DNA of 16,476 nt, taken from Azolla caroliniana. Its lineage: Eukaryota > Plantae > Polypodiophyta. The DNA lies in NCBI GenBank assembly GCA_043228905.1, contig JBHGNT010000745.1:1-16476 (forward strand), in the 5' to 3' direction. The position numbers were made by a program, and so were the translations under genes. This document shows, one piece after another, positions 1-9,500 of the stretch. The first letter of the stretch is position 1; each line of letters begins with the position of its first letter. The notes beneath the pieces were generated by a model. That model saw only the letters and a list, made by a program, of their open reading frames with translations. It had not been told where the DNA came from and did no database searches.

Positions 1-462
1 AACTCATACACTAATTTTTTCATCGTGAATGTAAATGCCCCACTATCTCACTACATCATGACAATTCTACAATTTACATACACTACACAATATATAATAG
101 ACAATCTAGCTAGAGATCTAAAAATATAGATTTAAGATTTAAGTTTAAGATTTTCCTATTCTACAGAATATAATAAAGATATAACACGTTCATTTAAAGA
201 TTTAAATCTTCCAACAGTTGGTGTCATGTATACAAGATTCAAAATTTTAGCTCTCTCTACAATCTAAAGTTTTGCCAGCTATGATAGATGGGAGTTGATT
301 TGTCGGACAGAATCAAAAGAAACTCCATAACTGACTTCATGCATGTAAGTAGCAAATCAGATGATTATATGGATACAATAAACCAAAAATTTCTGTGGGT
401 TTACAGTAGATTGGCAGTTAAAACTTTTCTTGCTAGCTGAATAAATAATAATAAAAGAAAAC

Positions 463-528
463 CTGAGGATTTGCAGAAACTTCACTATAAAAATTGAAAA
501 CAAAGGGCTCTGATTCCTCTCCAATTCT
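463..528 (-). CDS. DNAH10: Dynein HC exon 22 (RIGEESEPFVFNFYSEVSANPQ); gene continues beyond the window
   Basis: gtgcag| acceptor, CAG|GTTTT donor, 66 nt. Confidence 0.92.
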
Positions 529-3500
529 CTGCACATCATAAAACCAGATCAGATATAGGAACTACCAAGAAAAATAAAGAAATAATATTATAATATTGCA
601 AATTAGTTTTAGTCTACAATCCATAAAGAGTTCAACTTGCTATTTTGTACTCTTCGCAGGAATTAAATATCATGACAGTACTACCTGTTCAGCCGTCTCC
701 AAGCAAGTCCCATCCATCCATCTTACAAATGTTTTAGAAGACATAACTGTAGTTCGCACCTGTATTTAAAAAATTGATAAGAAAGCCAATTTTTCACCAA
801 TCCCAGACATTTATACTGATGACTAGCAATTTAGCTGCATATTCAAATTTACATTTTAAATATTCCACTGTTACATACTATAGCTCCTGATCACATTGTG
901 TAACAGATGTCTGCAAGCTTCAGGAAAAGCGAGATTTCTAAAATATATTACAACCCCCTTCATTACGCATATAAATCTAATCCAAAAGAGGTAACAGCAA
1001 GAAACTGTACATAATGAATGCAAGACAATTTGATGTTGTCATTTGTGCAGCATATCATTGTTCAAAACTCAAGAAGAAAAATATCTATCTTCAAGACATA
1101 TACTTTTCTGATGGAAGCACCTATGTTTTCAAACGCTGCAGAGATTTTTAAGTAATACCAATGGTAGGTGTATGTAGTCAGTCCATCAAATCTTGTTCAA
1201 GACAAAAGGGGAAACGCCTCCTAGTCTTACATATCACAAACTTGTCTCTGTCACCCAAACTTAAGTTATTTATTAAAATTATTTCTCTGGCTCATAAGGA
1301 AGAAGAAGAGATTGTATTTGGCTAAATTTGAAGATCATTTGTATTGCTTGTTTCTAGGAAAAGAAAGTAAAAGAGCATGGAAAATGTTTAATGAGAGGCA
1401 ACCTACCACACAACTGACCTCACCTCAGGTGTGGCATGAATATGCAAAGGTTCTATATGATATCCCAGGGCAACCTCCTCTTCCCCATCCACATGAATCA
1501 ACCTTTTTTACTCCACAAAATGTAAGAAATTCCATTGATCGGCTACAATTTGGAAAGGCCCAAGATCATGATGGATTGGTGGGTGAGCACTTTATCTATG
1601 CCCGTGACACCTTGCTCCCATTGCGCTAGTACACATCTTTAATAGAGCCATGTGTGAAGGCTCCCCTACTAGATGGACTCAGCATACAATTGTGCCAATC
1701 CTCAAAGAGTGGAGACCCCATGATGCCAAGGAACTATAGAGCAATCATGATGGGCCATTACTTGGCTAAACTATATGGTTCAATTCTAGAATCAGAATTG
1801 AGTATATGGGCAGAGTGGAATGGCTGCCGTTCAGTTGGACAGGCAGGCTTTCGGAAGGGGTTCACAACTTTGGATCACATATTCACCCTCCGGGCCCTTA
1901 TTGAGGAGGGCAGAGCCCATAATAAGAGGATTTATTGCTGTTTTGTGGATTTCCGAAAAGCCTTTGACAGTGCCACGTGTGTGGCTTATGCAGCGGCTAG
2001 AAGCCCTTGGTGTTCCTACAGATATGCAATGGGGAATCTATGCACTCTATGAATCCGTGTCAGGAAAAGTGTGGTCTTCCAAGGGTTTGTTAGAGGTACA
2101 TGTGAGATACGTTTATATACGTTTATATTTACGGAGTATTATTTACTTCTTCTTTTTTATTTGTTGTTCTTAAAGACGAGACAACACTTAAGATGTAATC
2201 TCTTGTTTGGTCTTATAGGCCATTTTGGCCTCTTAAAAGACGTTAATATATCTTTCTTTCTTTCTGGTCTACATGAATGAGTAAATTCCACTAAAGAACT
2301 ATAAAACAGCTCCAAGAATTATGAACTAAATTGTGGTGGTTTGATACACTTGTAACACTGACTCTTCTCTAAGGAGAAAAAACTTGGAGGGTGCAAAATA
2401 GGAATGATTTGAAAATATCTTTTCTCAATGATTGCCCATGTGAATCACTCTACTGGAGTTGGGGAAAAGTAAGAAAATGTTTATCAATATCTTTTTCGCT
2501 GAAGATTGAAATTCAGCATTTTAACATACCAAACGATTTAACAGCCCAGCAACATCATGCAAAGGTGGCTGCACTAAAACATCTGGTTTGTTTAAATAGA
2601 AATTCAGCTTGAATCGTCTTTTTGTTGCCCCTAGTTTATCCTTATTGGGGCCCTGTCAAAAACAAGTGCAATCCAAATTTCAGTTCCATCAATTACATAA
2701 TAAAAGACTTATCTAATTTCCCCATGTAGCCTATTGTCCAAAGAGAAACATGGAGAAGAACAAGACAACACTTGAGTCTGCCAATGCACCGATCATGGGA
2801 GTCTATCAGATTGAAAGATGCTAGCTTTTTCTTATATTTGGTCAATATCCATACTTGATTAGTAAGCATTTCTATTGTGAGGAGTTTGTAAATTACTTAA
2901 AATGGTCAAGTAGGTCCCAACAAAAAGTTTCATTCTTAGCTGCCACCATTTAATCTAGAAAGAAACTCAAATGACTTTTTCGATGACTAAATTTTATGGA
3001 TATGCACTAACATTCACAAGTTTATTACTTTTTCTTTTTTCGTAGACAACTAAAATAAAATGTGATTGAACTTTTGTTTTAACTGATACACAGAATAATT
3101 TTATTGGGAAATTGTAGTTGACAATTATAACTACCCCTTTCTAAAGGAATACCACTCTCATCAACATTTGTTTGGCCTCTCTGGTCATTTTGCCTTCTGA
3201 GGGCGTTAATACATGGTAACCATTATTGCTTTCTCCTTTCAAACAAGTAGGTTGCTATAAACCAATTCAGTTCATCAAGAAAGGGAACGGTGATAAATCC
3301 TAGAATCCCAAACAGTGATCAATAATCAAAGACAATTCCCCAGAATCAGTGTTTCAGTTCCTATATCTGCAATATCATTTAATAGAGTTTATTTGTACAT
3401 TGATCATACTGTCCACTAGAAGTAGATGGTGACACGCACCTACGAAGTGCATTCACATAGTACCTATTACATCAGAAAAAGTGTAGAACCTTTTTGGATT

Positions 3501-6500
3501 GGAACATAGCCTGCAATGAGGAGAGTGCCTTCGAAACCATCTCCGTTAATGCAAAAAAAATCTTTTGTTCCCAATAGCGATAGTAATCACCCATTATGGG
3601 TGACTTTCCGGTATTTGTAGATGCAACAATTTCTTCGAGCTTCATTAAAAGAGGTGAAATGCTTTGATAACTGTAAATAACATTAAATAATTTTGACTTC
3701 AAAACAATTTCATGGAAAGAAACTTTATAAAAAGAGCAGCTTTAAATTCTCCATCAATGTGGTCTTTCTTATATGTTGTGAATTAAGATCTTCAAAACAT
3801 ACTGTTTATGGGCTTCACTAAGCGCAGCATGGCGCTCATATTCAAAATGCTCATAGAGTTCCTGGAATCAATTCATACATAGAGATGGAAATCAGAGTAC
3901 ATAGACGTACATTAAAATTCTTAATATGCATACAATAACAAAATATTGTATAGACAATTCAATAACAGCTCCATAATTTGAGTAGGTACATACATTTATA
4001 AAGTTCCGCATAAGTATTGATATAATGAAATAGCATGTTTTCTGTTATGTACTATGTAAATTCCAAATTGAATGATCATTTACGAACTCTATAGAGTTCC
4101 ATTAACAAACTTTCTGATGGATAGGAAGTAACGTAAAATGAATTAAAAGTTTACTGTATGTACAGAACAAATACATTAACAGTCACAGGATTTGTTGTTT
4201 AATTTCTTTGAAATAGGTTTTACATCAATTTGCAATTTATGTCAAAACTTAATATTTACATTAATTGTTTTGAATTCGCTTAGAATGTCAAAATGTGTCA
4301 AAATTCTGGTGACTTTTTGAACATACCTAGAGACTCTAATTACCTTTGTGTTCTTATACATTTTCATATTTCAGTCACATTTATTGCAGCCCATTATCGC
4401 AATTAGTATGTGTTCATATATATAAACATTTTTAATTAAAATACAATATCATATATAATGAGAATGCATAAATAATCAGTACCAACATTTACAAAAAAAC
4501 AAATGCTTATTTCATTGCTTTCAATGTTACCTGAAACTCAAGATATTCGTCCTCTTTTTCTAAAATATTTTCTTGTAATAAATTAGTGTTGCCAATGGCC
4601 TCAACAGCTTTTTCAATACTTGAAGCATTATTTTGTACCTGATGTTACATGGAATTTTTTAATGTTTTAATAAGTTTACTTGAACTTCCACCACAATTCA
4701 TACATCTTTTGAGCAGTCATAGGTCATTAGGTAACTCACTTGATTGACTAAGGATTTGAACTCATTTATTGCCTTTGTACAAACGCTCAAGAAATCCGGT
4801 ATTCCAAGAGAATTCCAATTAAAGTGGGAGAATCCGGGATCTAAAACCTGTTGGAGTCTTTTTACATGAAATACAAGCAACTTGGACTCGATTGGTGTTA
4901 ATATTCCCACTGCTTTGTAGTATTGCTGTACAAGATTTAGTAATCAGCATGTGTTCTATATTATAAACATAAAATGTGAATGAAATAATGAAGAAAGAAA
5001 GAATTACAGAGAGAAAGACATATTAACGTCTTTTAGGAGGCCAAAATAGCCTATAAGACCAAAGCGGAGATTACATCTTGTGATGGATCATTTTTTTCTC
5101 AAAACAATAATCAGTACAGATTGAGATGTACCTGTAGCATGATAGAAATATTCTCAATATACGACCTATATTTTTCGTCTTGCAAAGCAACATTTAAAGC
5201 TATCTCAGGAAGCTGAAATCCCATGGCATCTAAGTATTTAGTTTCCCGAATAATTGAATGCAGACTTTTGTTGAAATTGATTACAATTTTTCCTTCGGGG
5301 CTTTTAGAGAGAATAGGCTGTAAGCAATGGAAAATCAAAAAATTACTAGGTAATTGTATAATTGTTTACCAATGCTGGTTGGTTACAGACATAACTAGAG
5401 TTTAAATACTGCTGTAATGCTGGTGAGGAACATAAATCAGAATTTAATACAGTGACAATGCTTGCACAACTTTACATTGGCAATCATGAAATTTCTGCAA
5501 ATAATTCTTAATTCTAAAAACCATTGGAAAATAACACCTTTCTTTGAATGCCCTTTCTAAATTGGCAATTCATGATTAACTATATATTATTGCACATTGG
5601 AAACTCTTTTGTGTCATTTCTGTTTCCTATTGGCTACTGTGGACCAGAACCAAACACTATTCATTATCAGTCATAGTGAGGATGTGTTAGTGTATTATAT
5701 TCTAAAATGCACTCACTGAAATCGCAGTAACCAGATACCGGACATGACATGATTCATTGTTTCAGCTTATCAGATTCAGCAGCTATGGCACTTAGTTCCC
5801 TAGAGGGTAAAAATTTGAGATGTCAACTCTCTAGCCTTAAATTTATGTGAATCAGCCCCTCAATGCCTCTCAGTAAAAAGGTATAAGGTCCTCCTCCTAC
5901 ACATGTCTCATGATGGATTTATCATGAGGCCCTCTTATATGGATATACAATTATGTCACATGCTTAGTACTGTGATAGGCCATCTTCAAACCTCTTCATA
6001 TCAATCAACAATTGACAACGGCAGTTCTGCACCATTATCTATGGAAGAACAGATCTCTGAACTGTACCATCGGTACTGGAATCAGAGAGCACTATTTTTG
6101 CCATTGTCCTGTTTTTTATGAAATAACGGGGAGATGCAACTGGCTCTTCAAACAAGATTTTGTCCTCTTGGCAACGCAACAAATATGATGACCAGTGATC
6201 CTTGGGACTGCTCTTAAGAGAAATCAATTAGTTTAAATCAATTAAAAACTCATCAAACATTATATTTCTGAAAACGTATATAGAAAGATACCTGTTTTAG
6301 ATAATTAACTGCTTGTTGACTGACTGACTGAGACCATTGACCAGCCCATTGCTTCTCAAAACTGAGCATTTGCTTTGCGAGTGCACAATAATAAATGTTC
6401 ATCTGAAAGGATAAATTTAGTACATGATAAGTGAAGTTTGTAAAGAGTATGAAGATTTTACAAAACACAATTCCATCAAATTTGGCAAGGTAGAAAGGAG

Positions 6501-9500
6501 AAAAAAAACAAATCATTGAATGTCTGTTGGAAACCTCTTGAGCTGCAGGATCTCTCATCATATCATTGCCAACTGTCTCAAACTTCTGCATGGTTCGTTT
6601 TAATCTGCTAAACAAGCATCTGGCCCAGTTAATAGAACCTGCAACAGGTGGCTGTTTAAAGAATAGGAAAAAAATGAGATATTCCATCATTATTTTGTCA
6701 AAAAAGAAAAAACAACTTTATCATTAACTAGCAGAAAATTTGTAATGATCTTCAATCAATTATTCCTTATATTTCTCTAGCTTATATAATTCTAACAGCT
6801 TATTTGGGTATTTTGCGCTATTTACCTATTTGTTCAGATCGCAAACAGCAGTTTCAAATAGAATCTCTCTTTGTGATTTTCTACTCATTGAATCTATTCA
6901 GTTTTCTCCTTAGTAACATTTATTTTGGTTTGTTCTCAAAGATGAGACAACACTTAAGATGTAATCTCTTGTTTGGTCTTATGGGCCATTCTGGCCTCTT
7001 AAAAGACATTAATACAACTTTCTTTCATTCTTTCTCCCTGAGCTAAACCAACAAGCTAAACATATGCGTGAAGTAACGGAATATGGCAAACTTGCACCCA
7101 ACAATGTCATTAAACGTATGGTGGACATATTTTTGTCACAACAGAAAATAGTTTCCTCCACAAAAACTAGAACAATAATCCCTATAAGCAAATGATGCAT
7201 AAAATCGGTTGGTCACACTCTGTCATGCCTGTAAAATTGGAATACTTTCCTGAAATAGTGGATTTTCATAGCAGTCTTGAGAAGAGGAGCATAAGAGATT
7301 CAATAAAATACTAAACTTGAGCACATTAGAATCTCTAAATATAGGATATTTCAAACACAAATTAAGATATTATATTAGGCTGCTAACTCTAGATAACCTG
7401 AAGTTACTATGTCCTAAATAATATCACGAGCAAACCTGATTCCGTGTAGTGGGAGGAGCAGTTGAATTTTTTTCGAAGATTCCACGTGTGGTTTCTATTT
7501 CTCTTAAAAACTGAAAGAAAAATGCCAACATAAATGAAATGATTTGGCACGTGATCTTTCTTACCGTTAATTAAAATGAAAGCAATGACATAGCACATCC
7601 TTCCATGCTTGAGTCAACACAATTACATAGTTTTCTTCATCCTTCCATCTCTACATTCTAAAGGTTTCCATACCACACTTAAGCAATTGACTATGTTACC
7701 TGTGCTATGATATCATTAAATTTGTCCATCATTTGCTTATTAATGGCACCTTCACTTTTGATTGATTTGAAATTTCGCAAAAGATCAAGAGCTCCTGCAA
7801 TAAATATCTGAAGTAAATGCTACTGTTCTATCCACATAACAATCTGCAACTGCTGATTCCTGAACTTCAATGTTTTCAACCAACATCAAAAATGGTCTAA
7901 CACCATAGTTTCTGAATCAAATATAAATAACAAATAGGTCAACAAATAACTCCCTGAAGTCCTATATGTTAAAAAGACCTGATGACAATGTCTTTACATT
8001 TTAATAAAAACACTAGCTCAGAAACTAAAAATTTGTATTTATCGAGGAAAAGTTATTTTCTTATATATAAATATATTGCACACAGCACAGCTGTGTGAGT
8101 ACCAACAAATTATAGACATAAAAAGAAGAAAAGCATAAAGAACAAAAGATATATTAACGTCTTTTAAGAGGCCAAAATGGCCTATAAGACCAAACAAGAT
8201 ATTACATCTTAAGCGTTGTCTCGTCCTTGAGAGAAACAAATCAAAATAAAATAAATACTCAGTAAACATAATAGTAAATAAGATAACAAGAGACGAGGGA
8301 ATCTGGTTTTCGCTACATGTGAGATTCTCAAGTTAGATATATTGTAACTTTTATCTTCGAAATATCTCTAGCATAGGTCAATCCAGAATGGAGAGGTCTC
8401 CAAAGCGAGGGAAGCACCTACAATGGCGCGAGATAATGGCCTTTATTCATCAATGACAAGGGTGTTGAGGTCATGGTCCATGGGGCCGGGCTCTAAGTGC
8501 ACGACAAACTGGTATTGCCCGATCTATTGCAACACCTTTGTTGTGTCCTAATCGGGAGTCCATTTGTGTATCCCTTCCTTGATAGACTTGTAGCATTAGT
8601 AGGAGTGATGGGGCTAAATAAAGTTGTGATTGTCCTTTGTGGATGAGCTTGTGTGGCTCTATTATTGTCATTCAACAACTTTTCCCTATGTCTCTTGAGT
8701 TCTAGAAAGAAATTTCCTAGGCACCATTGGTCCTCATATTGCATTACCTTACGTAGCGGGCCAAAGCCTTGTTTAGAGAGGCAATGGTATCTCCCTCTGA
8801 TTTCATAAAAGACACTAGAGTGACAAACATAGTGTTCTTTGGATTCCACTCCTTGGTGACACAATTGGCAAATTCGAAAGAAAGATATATTAACATCTTT
8901 TAAGAGGCCAAAATGGCATATAAGACCAAACAAGAGATTACATCTTAAGTGCCGTCTCATCTTTGAGAACAAATCAAAATAAAATAAATGTTACTAAGTA
9001 AACATAAAAGTAAATAAGATAAAAGAGACTAAACAATATTGTTATCCACACATGCAAGATTCTCAAGTTAGATATATTGTGACTTTTGTGTTAGAAATAT
9101 CTCTAGCATAGGTCAATCCAGAATGGAGATAGATATAGATACAGATACAAACACAGATAAAGATACAGATGCAGATGCAGATGCAGATGCAAATACAGAT
9201 ACAGATACAGATATAGATATAGATATAGATATGGACATGGATATAGATATAGATATGGATATAGATATGGATATAGATATGGATATAGATATAGATATAG
9301 ATATAGATATAGATATAGATATAGACATACTTGCCTTTTAATCATATAGATATATTTTCCTTTTCACCAAAAGACTTAACATAATAAAAGAAGGGAAATA
9401 CTCAATTTTATAAATATAAAGAAACAATTTTATTGTCTGCTAAAGAATACCTTTCCCAGTTAAATGCCCCTTCAAATAGCAACATCTACAGATTTTTTGT

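Noticed and set aside
1-350. Possible next dynein exon or transposon end in the first 350 bp
   Set aside because: No open frame with dynein-like sequence and splice sites was found, and no TIR or LTR could be paired within the window.
2183-2263. Repeated palindromic unit resembling a CRISPR repeat, REP element, terminator or snRNA (GGCC-TTTT-GGC recalls U2 stem I)
   Set aside because: Copies are dispersed in both orientations with no regular spacers, have variable 5' extensions into LINE sequence, and lack the U2 branch-point pairing region and Sm site.
3400-3440. Possible extra exon after cgtag at ~3440 on the minus strand
   Set aside because: The phase-0 frame hits TAG after 7 codons, the intron would be only ~50 nt, and exon 19 joins exon 20 cleanly.
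4974-5093. Possible target-site duplications (TGTGAATGAAATAAT / TGTGATGGATCATT here, and TACATG around copy 1)
   Set aside because: Too degenerate in AT-rich DNA to accept.
9103-9345. Three overlapping ORFs with YL, SI and DI dipeptide repeats
   Set aside because: Artefacts of the hexamer microsatellite.
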